From Candidatus Thorarchaeota archaeon (GTDB lineage Archaea; Asgardarchaeota; Thorarchaeia; Thorarchaeales; Thorarchaeaceae), in NCBI GenBank assembly GCA_048884965.1, contig JBHLQH010000016.1:14465-78464 (forward strand): DNA of 64,000 bases, given 5' to 3'. Numbering within the stretch: position 1 is the first letter of the stretch; each line of letters opens with the position of its first letter. Shown piece by piece: positions 1 through 9,065 of this stretch. The notes under the pieces were generated by a model that saw only the letters and a program-made list of their open reading frames with translations, was not told the origin of the DNA and did no database searches. A program made the translations under genes and the position numbers.

Positions 1-259
1 CGATGATTGCAAAAACGCCAATGATTGGACCCACGATAGAGAAATCCAACATAGATAGTTAACTGAATTGCTCAGTTATCACTTTTTCTAAAACTATAGG
101 TACAAATTGTAACTTTCATGGATGGATAAAGTCCTAATACATACAAAATATGCCGACTTAATGATAGTTTTCTCAACCTTTATTATGAATTCTGTTCGTT
201 TGAGATAGATAGCCTGCTTGCTAAGGCGAGAGTATGGCGTTCTGTGAGGAAGAAACCCA

Positions 260-2818
260 ATGACAACAAGCGATCCGGTTCCAGAGGGTGGAACAGGAGC
301 TGAGCCAAAGGTAGAATCTGCTGAAGATGAGCTAAGGATTGGTGTGTTCCCCTGTAAGTGTGGGAAGAACATAGGAGCTGTCGTGGACATCGATGCAGTT
401 GCTGAGTATGCAAGGATGCTACCCGGGGTGGTTCATGTGCAGGTCAATACATACACCTGTGCAGACCCAGGCCAGAAGGAGATACAAGAAGCGATTAGGG
501 AGCATAATCTGAATCGAATCGTTGTTGCAAGCTGTTCCCCAACCATGCATGAAGATACGTTCAGGAAGACTGTGAAAGGCGCAGGGCTTAATCCATACCT
601 ATGCATCATGGCAAACATACGCGAACACGTGTCTTGGGTACATCAGCATGATCATGAAGGAGCTACTTTGAAGGCAAAGGAGCTCGTGGCCATGTCGGTC
701 GCTAAAGCAGCAACCCTAACAGCACAACCCGAATTAGATGTGCCTGTTACTCAGGCTGCGATGGTAGTTGGTGCTGGAGTAGCAGGCATGCAAGCATCCC
801 TAGATCTCGCGGACATGGGCTACAAGGTCTACCTGATAGAGAAAGAGCCAACCATAGGAGGCATCATGGCAATCTTGGACAAGGTATTTCCGCAGAATGA
901 CTGTTCGATATGTATCCTAGGTCCCAAGATGGTCGATGTCATACAACACCCCAATATCAAAGTCATCAGCATGGCAGAGGTCGATGAAGTATCCGGATAT
1001 GTAGGGAATTTCTCTGTGAAAGTAAAGCAAAAGGCTCGCTATGTCGATCCTGATGCATGTACAGCATGCGCAGAGTGTGTTGATGTATGTCCTGTGGATG
1101 TTCCGAGCAGAGTTGATCAGAATCTTGCATGGAGAAAGGCAATCTACATTCCATTCCCACAAGCGGTCCCCTCTTCATATGTGATAGACCCTGAGGCGTG
1201 CTTGGGCATGGACCTCTTGAGATGTGGAAAGTGCTTTGAGAAATGCGAACAGCATGCAGTTGTTCCAGAGGACACCGGAAAAATCATAGAGTTCGACGTA
1301 GGGGTCATCATCCTTGCCACAGGATTCGTTCCTGCCAAGCCAGAGAAGATACCACGGCTTGGATGGGGAAGATATCCCAATGTGATAACATCTCTTGAGT
1401 TCGAGCGATTAATCAATGCCGCAGGACCTACAGAAGGGAAATTGATCAAACCCTCAGATCTGACTAAACCAAAATCGGTAGGAATAATCCAATGTGTTGG
1501 GTCGCGGGACATCGATTCGAGAACAGGCTGTTCGAACTACTGCTGTGCTGAGAGCGTAAAGTGTGCCTTGCTGATAAAGGAGCACTATCCAGAAACAGAG
1601 GTTGTCATCTACTATCAAGACCTCAGGATGCACGGCAAGTACTTTGAGGATCAATATCTCAAAGCGCGGGAAGTAGGCGTGAAATTCATCCGGGGAAGAG
1701 TTGGTGAAATTCAGGAATATCCCCATACAAAGAATCTGAGGGTCAGCGTTGAGGATACAACCCATAACAAGCTCTTGATGGTGGATTTTGACATGGTCAT
1801 TCTATCGATGGGAGCTGAAGGAACAGCTGGCAACATCCCGCTACCGGTATCAGTGACTCACGATCATTTCTACATAGAATCTCATCCCAAACTTAGACCT
1901 GTGGATACAAGCTCTGCAGGTGTGTTCATATGTGGTGGAGCAGAATCGCCCAAGGACATTCGAGATTCAGTTATTCAAGCAAGTGCAGCAGCAGGACGTG
2001 CTTCAATCATCCTTCAGAGAGGTAGGTACCCCATCGAAGCATTGAGTGCGAAGATACAACAAGACCTGTGTAGTCGATGTGGTACATGTGTGTCGCGCTG
2101 CCCGTACGGAGCGATAACACAAGATGGCACTGGAAAATTCACGGTCATGGGAGCCTTATGCCAAGCATGCGGCACATGCGCGGGAGATTGCCCGAAAGAT
2201 GCAATTATCATGCCCAACTTTACCAACGAGCAAATCTTCGCTCAAATCGAAACGGCGTTGAAGAATACACCAGAGGAGAAGATTGTTGCCTTTGCATGTG
2301 CATTCTGCTCCTATCGTGGGTCAGATCTCGCGGGAGTGTCACGGATGCAATATCCAACGAATGCGAGGGTCATCCGTGCCATGTGCTCCGGTAGATATTC
2401 TGTAAAATTCGCGCAAAAGGCATTCGAGCTTGGCGCAGGAGCAGTCCTCTATTCTGGATGCCACCTTCCTGCTGATTGTCACTTCCAAACAGGTAATCAC
2501 TGGATGGCAAAGAGGGAACCTCGAATAAGAGGCTGGATGAAAAGAAATGAGATTGATGATGAGCGTTTTAGGGTAGAGTGGGTCTCGGCCGGGGAAGGTA
2601 AGAAGTGGCAGGGGATAATGACAGAGATGTCAGAGGTTGCACTCAAGCATGCTAAAGAAATAAGGAGTACACCTGTGAAGAAGAAGGCAGTTAGATCTAA
2701 GGAAACGCCAGTAGTCAAGAAAGCAGCACCAAAGAAAGACAGCAAATCCAAGAAAGAAGCGACAAAGCAACCTGCGAAGAAAAAACCCCCTTCGAAGAAA
2801 CCTAAGAAGGAGAAGTGA
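260..2818 (+). CDS. hdrA: Heterodisulfide reductase subunit A fused to a C-terminal MvhD-like [2Fe-2S] domain, ending in a Lys-rich tail
   Basis: N-terminal RIGVFPCKCG..ASCSP..ANIREH; FAD motif GAGVAG; DCSIC; ferredoxin CxxCxxCxxxCP repeats; HPKLRPVD; MvhD motifs FACAFCSY..RAMCSGR..GCH..DCHF..WVSAGEG. Confidence 0.95.
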   Translation: MTTSDPVPEGGTGAEPKVESAEDELRIGVFPCKCGKNIGAVVDIDAVAEYARMLPGVVHVQVNTYTCADPGQKEIQEAIREHNLNRIVVASCSPTMHEDTFRKTVKGAGLNPYLCIMANIREHVSWVHQHDHEGATLKAKELVAMSVAKAATLTAQPELDVPVTQAAMVVGAGVAGMQASLDLADMGYKVYLIEKEPTIGGIMAILDKVFPQNDCSICILGPKMVDVIQHPNIKVISMAEVDEVSGYVGNFSVKVKQKARYVDPDACTACAECVDVCPVDVPSRVDQNLAWRKAIYIPFPQAVPSSYVIDPEACLGMDLLRCGKCFEKCEQHAVVPEDTGKIIEFDVGVIILATGFVPAKPEKIPRLGWGRYPNVITSLEFERLINAAGPTEGKLIKPSDLTKPKSVGIIQCVGSRDIDSRTGCSNYCCAESVKCALLIKEHYPETEVVIYYQDLRMHGKYFEDQYLKAREVGVKFIRGRVGEIQEYPHTKNLRVSVEDTTHNKLLMVDFDMVILSMGAEGTAGNIPLPVSVTHDHFYIESHPKLRPVDTSSAGVFICGGAESPKDIRDSVIQASAAAGRASIILQRGRYPIEALSAKIQQDLCSRCGTCVSRCPYGAITQDGTGKFTVMGALCQACGTCAGDCPKDAIIMPNFTNEQIFAQIETALKNTPEEKIVAFACAFCSYRGSDLAGVSRMQYPTNARVIRAMCSGRYSVKFAQKAFELGAGAVLYSGCHLPADCHFQTGNHWMAKREPRIRGWMKRNEIDDERFRVEWVSAGEGKKWQGIMTEMSEVALKHAKEIRSTPVKKKAVRSKETPVVKKAAPKKDSKSKKEATKQPAKKKPPSKKPKKEK

Positions 2819-3318
2819 TACACGTGGACAAGTCTAGTGATGCAGAGAGAATCAAAGAGATCCAAGAATCAGCCTTACCATGCTTTCAATGCGGAATTTG
2901 TGCTGCCTCATGTCCGATATTCCGAGTAGCTCCTGAATTCAATCCAAGAATCGCAGTCGATGAGGTGATTCGTACTGGTACTGTTGCAGTTACTGGTAGA
3001 GAATGGTCGTGTGCCTATTGTTTGATGTGCGAAGAAAGATGTCCCATGGGAGTGGCACTAAGTGAGATTCTCATGCAAATCAAGAATCTATCAGCTCATG
3101 ACGGAAAGGTTCCACCATCAATCATAGAGATGATGGATGTCATTCGCTACACAGGAAAGGTGTCTCAAGCCTCAGCTCGAACTGATAAGAAGAGGAAGGA
3201 GCTTGGCCTTCCAGATCTTCCTCAACCAGATGTCAACGAGGTTCACATGATATTTGAGAAAACAGGTGCGTCAGATAGATTGACACGATATAGAGAAGCG
3301 GAGGTCGAACCAGAATGA
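2815..3318 (+). CDS. hdrC: Heterodisulfide reductase subunit C
   Basis: CFQCGICAASCP and CAYCLMCEERCP; lies between hdrA and hdrB. Confidence 0.9.
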   Translation: MIHVDKSSDAERIKEIQESALPCFQCGICAASCPIFRVAPEFNPRIAVDEVIRTGTVAVTGREWSCAYCLMCEERCPMGVALSEILMQIKNLSAHDGKVPPSIIEMMDVIRYTGKVSQASARTDKKRKELGLPDLPQPDVNEVHMIFEKTGASDRLTRYREAEVEPE

Positions 3319-4220
3319 AATTCGCACTCTTTCCCGGTTGTACAATAGCGGATAGATTACCATTCATCGAGAAGTCAATACGTATGATAGCCCCTCACTT
3401 TGATATCGATCTTATTGACCTACCATTCACCTGTTGTCCTGAACCAAATAGTGTACGCTCATTCTCTGATATGACATGGCTTACTTTGGGAGCGAGAAAT
3501 CTAGCACTTGCAGAAGAAGCCGGTGTCAACATCATGGCTGCTTGTGCTGGGTGCTTTGAATCTTTGAGCATGTCAAAGCATGTACTTGATACCAATGCTT
3601 CAGCAAAGGAAGAAGTCAATCAGGTTCTCAGGAGTATTGGTAGAGAATACAAAGGAGAGGTCAATGTATACCACATTCAACAAGTCCTCTATGATGATGT
3701 TGGCAAGGATGCTCTCACGAAAAAAGTGAAACATCCGATAAACATGAGAGTCGTGACTCATCCGGGGTGCCATACCCTCCGTCCTCAGAAGCTCCTGCAT
3801 ATCGATGATTCAGAAGCGCCAGTGAAACTGGATGAACTGGTATCCGCTCTAGGGATGGAGTCGTTAGAATATATGGACAAGGTAATGTGCTGCGGCGCAG
3901 GAGTAAGAGGAACCAACAGAGACGTCGCGTTTGGAGTCCTTCGGGAGAAGATGGATAGCATGATGATGGTTGAGCCAGATGCAGCTGTGGTCTTCTGTCC
4001 GACATGCTTCATCTCATTCGAAGCGGGCCAACGTGTTGTCAATCGAATGTTCGAACGGGACTATAACATCCCGGTCTACTATTTCACAGAACTGCTTGCG
4101 GTTGCTATGGGACTGGACGATGTAGATGTCATTCTTGCTGAGCATCGAGTGAAATCTGATGCACTTACCCTGCATCCGTCTGATGATGACAACAAAGTAG
4201 AAAATACAGCGTCACATTGA
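3315..4220 (+). CDS. hdrB: Heterodisulfide reductase subunit B (CCG domains)
   Basis: FPGC..CCP..CAGC and HPGCH..CCGAG..CPTC motifs. Confidence 0.92.
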   Translation: MKFALFPGCTIADRLPFIEKSIRMIAPHFDIDLIDLPFTCCPEPNSVRSFSDMTWLTLGARNLALAEEAGVNIMAACAGCFESLSMSKHVLDTNASAKEEVNQVLRSIGREYKGEVNVYHIQQVLYDDVGKDALTKKVKHPINMRVVTHPGCHTLRPQKLLHIDDSEAPVKLDELVSALGMESLEYMDKVMCCGAGVRGTNRDVAFGVLREKMDSMMMVEPDAAVVFCPTCFISFEAGQRVVNRMFERDYNIPVYYFTELLAVAMGLDDVDVILAEHRVKSDALTLHPSDDDNKVENTASH

Positions 4221-4293
4221 ACACATATTTCGAAAGATGAGTGAATTCACTATATCTATCTCGTGAGCCGTAAGCCTTTATTACTGGTATTTT

Positions 4294-4367
4294 TCCTCGA
4301 GGCAAAAGCTCGACAGGAATTTCAGTGCAAAGGCTTGCTCTTGAAATTGCTTATACAGCTCGAGGAG
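4294..4367 (+). promoter_or_regulatory. Structured leader of hdrA2 that can pair over the Shine-Dalgarno-like GAGGAG
   Basis: Pairings TCCTCGAG/CTCGAGGA, AAGC/GCTT, AATTTCAG/TTGAAATT and GCAA/TTGC. Confidence 0.45.
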
Positions 4368-4374
4368 TATAAAA

Positions 4375-6336
4375 ATGCCCGACAAGCGAATAGGCGTCTT
4401 CATCTGCCACTGTGGATCTAACATTGCTGGCGTAGTTGACGTAGAGGCTGTCAGTGAGGCGATCAAGGACCTCCCTGATGTTGAAATAGTGTCTGATTAC
4501 AAATACGTCTGCTCCAAGCCTGGACAGCAGCTTCTCAAGGAAAAAGTGCACAAACATCGTCTTGATAGGATAGTCATCGCCGCATGCTCCCCTCGGATGC
4601 ATGAGCCAACCTTTAGACAGGCAATGCGAGAAGCAGGCCTCAATCCCTACATGCTGGAGATTGCAAACATTAGAGAGCATGTGAGCTGGATTCACTCCGG
4701 ACAACCTGAAGAGGCCACTGAGAAAGCAATAGACCTCGTGAGAATGGCCATCGCTCGAGCACGATTATTGGAGCCTTTGAAGGAATCAGAGGTGGATGTG
4801 AAGAAGTCCACGCTGGTGATAGGCGGGGGTATTGCAGGTATCTCTGCAGCCTTGGACCTTGCTAATGCTGGCTTCAAGGTGTATCTAGTAGAGAAGGAAG
4901 CCACAATTGGTGGAAAGATGGCAAGATGGGACAAGACATTCCCGACGCTCGATTGCTCCTCCTGTATCCTGACTCCTCGGATGGCGGAGGTTGGTGCACA
5001 TCCCAATATTGAGCTGCTGACCATGTCAGAGGTAAAGAAAGTGGATGGCTATGTTGGGAACTTCAAGGTCACGATTGAACAAACTCCTCGATATGTCGAT
5101 CTTGAGAAATGCACCTCTTGTGGAGATTGTGCTGATATCTGTCCAGTGGACATTCCATGTGAGTTCAATGCGAACCTATGTTATAGGAAAGCGATTTTCA
5201 TACCGTTTGCACAAGCAGTGCCATCAGCATACGTACTAGACATGAAGAATTGCCTAGGAATTGAAGCGATAAAATGTGGAAAATGTGAAACTGTCTGTGA
5301 GGCAAAAGCGATTAGTTATGATGATACAGAGAAGATTATGGAGATTGAAGTAGGGACAATTATTGTATCAACTGGCTTCGAACTCTTTGATGCCTCGCAG
5401 AAGCAAGAGTATGGCTATGGTGAATATCCGAATGTCGTAAACCTCGGAGAGATTGAACGGATGCTCAGTTCTGCAGGACCTACGCAAGGTCATATCGTGC
5501 GCCCCTCTGATACTAAGGATGCACAGAAGATCGTCTACGTACAATGCGTTGGCAGTCGAGATGAACTGACGAATAAGTACTGCTCACGAGTCTGCTGCAT
5601 GACGGCAATAAAGCAAGCAAGAATGATTCGTGACAAGACAGGAGCTCAGATATACGTATTCTACATCGACCTTCGAAGCTTTGGCAAGGGCTATGAAGAG
5701 TTCTATGAATCTACTGCCCAAGCTGGCGTGACCTTCATTCGGGGCCGAGTAGGAGAAATCATAGAGAACGATGACCAGACTCTCACTGTTCGTGGCGAAG
5801 ATACCCTCCTAGGTAAGCCAATCACCTTTGAGGATATTGACCTCGTGGTGCTATCAACAGGAGTAGTACCTCCTGCTTCTGCGAAAGACATGGCACATGT
5901 GTTGAACCTTAGTCCTTCGCCCGATGGATTCCTCTTGGAGGCTCATCCCAAACTGCGACCAGTGGACTCTTTCAATGATGGCATCTTTGTTGCAGGTATG
6001 GCACAGGGACCCAAAGATATCCCTGATACAGTGGCTCAGGCAAAAGCTGCAGCATCAGGTGCGATGGCTTTGATGGGCAAGGGTAAGATCAGTGTCGAGC
6101 CCTACTACAGTATTGTTGATGAGGATAGGTGTGCGGGATGCCAAGTCTGTATATCAGTGTGCCCCTACAATGCGATCAAATTGAATGATCGAGGCGTTTC
6201 GGAGGTCAATCCAGCGATTTGCAAGGGGTGTGGAACTTGTACTTCGACATGTCCAAGTGGTGCAATTTCCTCGCAGCATTATACTGATGGACAGATTGCT
6301 GCAATGATTTCTGAATACCTAGAAGCTCGAGAATGA
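4375..6336 (+). CDS. hdrA: Heterodisulfide reductase subunit A (second copy, canonical length)
   Basis: RIGVFICHCG, GGGIAG, KTFPTLDCSSC, CVGSRD..YCSRVCC, HPKLRPVD, AQGPKDIPD, C-terminal ferredoxin. Confidence 0.96.
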   Translation: MPDKRIGVFICHCGSNIAGVVDVEAVSEAIKDLPDVEIVSDYKYVCSKPGQQLLKEKVHKHRLDRIVIAACSPRMHEPTFRQAMREAGLNPYMLEIANIREHVSWIHSGQPEEATEKAIDLVRMAIARARLLEPLKESEVDVKKSTLVIGGGIAGISAALDLANAGFKVYLVEKEATIGGKMARWDKTFPTLDCSSCILTPRMAEVGAHPNIELLTMSEVKKVDGYVGNFKVTIEQTPRYVDLEKCTSCGDCADICPVDIPCEFNANLCYRKAIFIPFAQAVPSAYVLDMKNCLGIEAIKCGKCETVCEAKAISYDDTEKIMEIEVGTIIVSTGFELFDASQKQEYGYGEYPNVVNLGEIERMLSSAGPTQGHIVRPSDTKDAQKIVYVQCVGSRDELTNKYCSRVCCMTAIKQARMIRDKTGAQIYVFYIDLRSFGKGYEEFYESTAQAGVTFIRGRVGEIIENDDQTLTVRGEDTLLGKPITFEDIDLVVLSTGVVPPASAKDMAHVLNLSPSPDGFLLEAHPKLRPVDSFNDGIFVAGMAQGPKDIPDTVAQAKAAASGAMALMGKGKISVEPYYSIVDEDRCAGCQVCISVCPYNAIKLNDRGVSEVNPAICKGCGTCTSTCPSGAISSQHYTDGQIAAMISEYLEARE

Positions 6337-6340
6337 TTCA

Positions 6341-6380
6341 ATGAAGGGGATTCCATTCCTCTTCATCTACATTCTTTTTT
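6341..6380 (+). terminator. Hairpin plus T-tract after hdrA2
   Basis: ATGAAGGGGA-ttccat-TCCTCTTCAT followed by TTCTTTTTT. Confidence 0.65.
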
Positions 6381-6489
6381 GTTGAGGAAACTAATCCTGA
6401 ATGCTCACAACTCTCCGATGATTGTTGAGCAAAGCGTTTCGAAGCTGTGGAATCCTAGTGCTTATCAGTGAGAAAGTAGATGCTTCTAA

Positions 6490-7857
6490 TTGGTCATAGA
6501 AGTGTCCGAGCAAGAGAATCATAATCTGCCATCTACAGAATCGCCTCCTTATACTGCAATCTTCTGGGACATCGAGAACGTACATGATGAACCTGCAACT
6601 CATCAGAGAATGACAGAAACGATTAGGGAGAAAGGAAATGTCGTTAAAGCATTCGCATTTGCTGATTGGGACTCAAGGAGACAAATCGCTGAGAGTCTTC
6701 ATAGCTTGGGTTATGATCTCATACATGTTCCAGATTCAAGGGACAATGCTGCAGACTATAAGATGGCTGCATACATTCTGGAGCACTTGGTGAGGTATCC
6801 AGAAACGCACCAATATGTCATGGTTTCAGGTGATGGCGACTTTAAGCTACTTGCAGGAGCTCTTAGAGAGAAGGGATTCGACCTCTGGATCATTAGCAAT
6901 CCAATCATCACCGCATCAGAGTTGACAGGAATTGCTTCAACATACTCGGACATCTACTCGTTCAGACCATCGAAGCTGCCATGCTCAAGCCCTGAGGACT
7001 GTGAGAAGCTGATGGGAGATGTCAAAGAGATGCGACGAATAGCAGCGATTCGACTCCAAGAATCTATTATTGCAATAGAAGAAGCTGGGAACCGACCGGG
7101 TATTGGCCATGTGAAACATGTGATGACCGCACTAAATCCAACCTTTACCGAAAGAATACTGGGATTTCGTAGCTGGAATGAGTTTCTCGATTGGGCTGAG
7201 TATGAAGAGTACGTAAAACGGGAGGGTGAGCTTCCTGCAACTATCCTTACGATCCCAGAGAAATCATCACAAGAGAGACTCGAGATTTCGAAGAAAGCAA
7301 AAGAGGCTTTCAAAACACTCTGTCAGGTTGTAGAGGGACAAATTGAGCAGGGAGCAGAACCTACACTTGAAGATCTGAAGCAGCCCCTACAAGGCAAAGG
7401 AATCGACCACTCTTCACTAGGATATCCGACCTTAGCTGATTTTGTTCTTGCAGCAGAGAAGAGGGGATTCATAAGAGTCGTTTCCGTTGATGACGAAACA
7501 CCCAAGATCATACCAGATGTAACAGTAGATAGAGTAAGGTCATGGTTTGAAGAAAACATCAACGAGTATTTTGGCGAGGTAACGAAGGTTCCTAAGAAGG
7601 AATTTCTTGAGAAGATTGCCGCCCTTTTGGTTGGCAGTCGAACCTCTCTGAAGAAGCTGGAATCGTACCTGCATGATAAACACATACGAAAAGAATACGA
7701 GAGTATCTTGGCAGCAAGTGAACTTCTTTTCCTACCACCATTTCAAATGAGCATGGCGCATGTTTTCTTGGGTCAAGGATTCAATTGCTCACAAGTAGTG
7801 GAGAAGGTCAATGTGGAGCTTGAGCCATTGGGTATCACTCTAAAATGCCAATCGTGA
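6490..7857 (+). CDS. NYN (PIN-like) ribonuclease with two OST-HTH/LOTUS domains
   Basis: NYN motifs FWDIEN, DNAADYK, SGDGDF; LOTUS-like motifs FTERILGFRSWNEFL and HSSLGYPTLADFV. Confidence 0.8.
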   Translation: MVIEVSEQENHNLPSTESPPYTAIFWDIENVHDEPATHQRMTETIREKGNVVKAFAFADWDSRRQIAESLHSLGYDLIHVPDSRDNAADYKMAAYILEHLVRYPETHQYVMVSGDGDFKLLAGALREKGFDLWIISNPIITASELTGIASTYSDIYSFRPSKLPCSSPEDCEKLMGDVKEMRRIAAIRLQESIIAIEEAGNRPGIGHVKHVMTALNPTFTERILGFRSWNEFLDWAEYEEYVKREGELPATILTIPEKSSQERLEISKKAKEAFKTLCQVVEGQIEQGAEPTLEDLKQPLQGKGIDHSSLGYPTLADFVLAAEKRGFIRVVSVDDETPKIIPDVTVDRVRSWFEENINEYFGEVTKVPKKEFLEKIAALLVGSRTSLKKLESYLHDKHIRKEYESILAASELLFLPPFQMSMAHVFLGQGFNCSQVVEKVNVELEPLGITLKCQS

Positions 7858-7921
7858 AAAGCCAAGCGATTATATACTATGGTGGATGTTGTTCGGTACT
7901 CTTGCAATGGGGAAATGATAG

Positions 7922-8998
7922 ATGCAAAATGCCTGGGAAAGACTAGCTGCAGTTCTGGATAAGATTCCGAATAGCTATACTCATGTCGATGATGATAGTC
8001 ATATTGCTCTCTTGAAATGGATTTTCACAGAAGAGGAAGCAGAGTTAGCAAGTAGAATGAAGCTTCGGGGAGAAACTGCAGAGGAGATGGGCCAACGATT
8101 GGAAGAAACTCCATCTTATCTCACACCTCTTCTCGAAACTATGACAAAGAAAGGACAAATTCGGGCATGGAACTCCAGCACTGGAAGGCGCTATTGCCTA
8201 ATACCATTCGCTGTAGGAATTTGGGAAGAGCAAGTAGGACGTATGGACAAGGATTTTGCTCGATTGGCTGAAGACTATTTCAGAAAGGGGAAAGGAGCGG
8301 GATTATTCGATACAGAACCAGCAATAATGAAAGTAATCCCAGTAAATAAGGCAATAAAATCCGAACTTGAGATAAAGCCATACCAAATAGCTGAGAATCT
8401 TATCAATGCTTCAAAATCATGGGGAGTCAGAGAATGTATCTGTAAAAAACAGCAGAATATGTTGGATAACCCCTGTAGTTATCCAGATACGGTCTGTATA
8501 ATCTTAGGAAAGAATGAGGATTCACTTGCTGAGGATGAACAGACGATCAAGCTCACAAGAGAAGAAGCTCTAGAGAAATTAAGAGAGGCAGAAGATGCAG
8601 GACTGGTTCACTGTACAATGAATATGCAAAGTGGTCACTATTACATCTGCAACTGTTGCACATGTTGCTGTCAAGTACTTAGAGGCGTTTCAGAAGCTGG
8701 TCAACCATATGCATATGTGAAGTCAGATTACATAATATCGGTGGATGAGGATTTGTGCAGTGGATGTGAAACATGTGTTGAAAGATGTCAATTTGATGCT
8801 CTTTCAGTGCCAGATGATATCGTATCCATTGATAGTAATCGATGTATTGGTTGTGGAGTATGTGCAGTAACATGCCCAGAAGATGCACTTTCGCTAATTG
8901 ATAGACCAGGCGAACATAAAGAACCACCTGAGAAATTCATGGACTGGATGACGCAAAAGGCGATGTCACGCGGCGTAGATCCTTCGGATCTTCTCTAG
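7922..8998 (+). CDS. 4Fe-4S dicluster-binding protein with N-terminal HTH-like region
   Basis: CICKK..C..C, ICNCCTCCC, and two C-terminal CxxCxxCxxxC motifs. Confidence 0.8.
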   Translation: MQNAWERLAAVLDKIPNSYTHVDDDSHIALLKWIFTEEEAELASRMKLRGETAEEMGQRLEETPSYLTPLLETMTKKGQIRAWNSSTGRRYCLIPFAVGIWEEQVGRMDKDFARLAEDYFRKGKGAGLFDTEPAIMKVIPVNKAIKSELEIKPYQIAENLINASKSWGVRECICKKQQNMLDNPCSYPDTVCIILGKNEDSLAEDEQTIKLTREEALEKLREAEDAGLVHCTMNMQSGHYYICNCCTCCCQVLRGVSEAGQPYAYVKSDYIISVDEDLCSGCETCVERCQFDALSVPDDIVSIDSNRCIGCGVCAVTCPEDALSLIDRPGEHKEPPEKFMDWMTQKAMSRGVDPSDLL

Positions 8999-9065
8999 AA
9001 TTCGCGCTCTGGATTTCATTGGTGCATATCTACATAAGATAGGCATAGTTGATTAGAGTAGAGAA

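Noticed and set aside
260-6380. Selenocysteine recoding or a SECIS in hdrA/mvhD (selenoproteins in some Asgards)
   Set aside because: Both ORFs are open with Cys at the relevant motifs (DCSIC, DCSSC, CAFC) and have no in-frame TGA. The 3' hairpin at 6341 is a short stem with a T-tract, not a SECIS.
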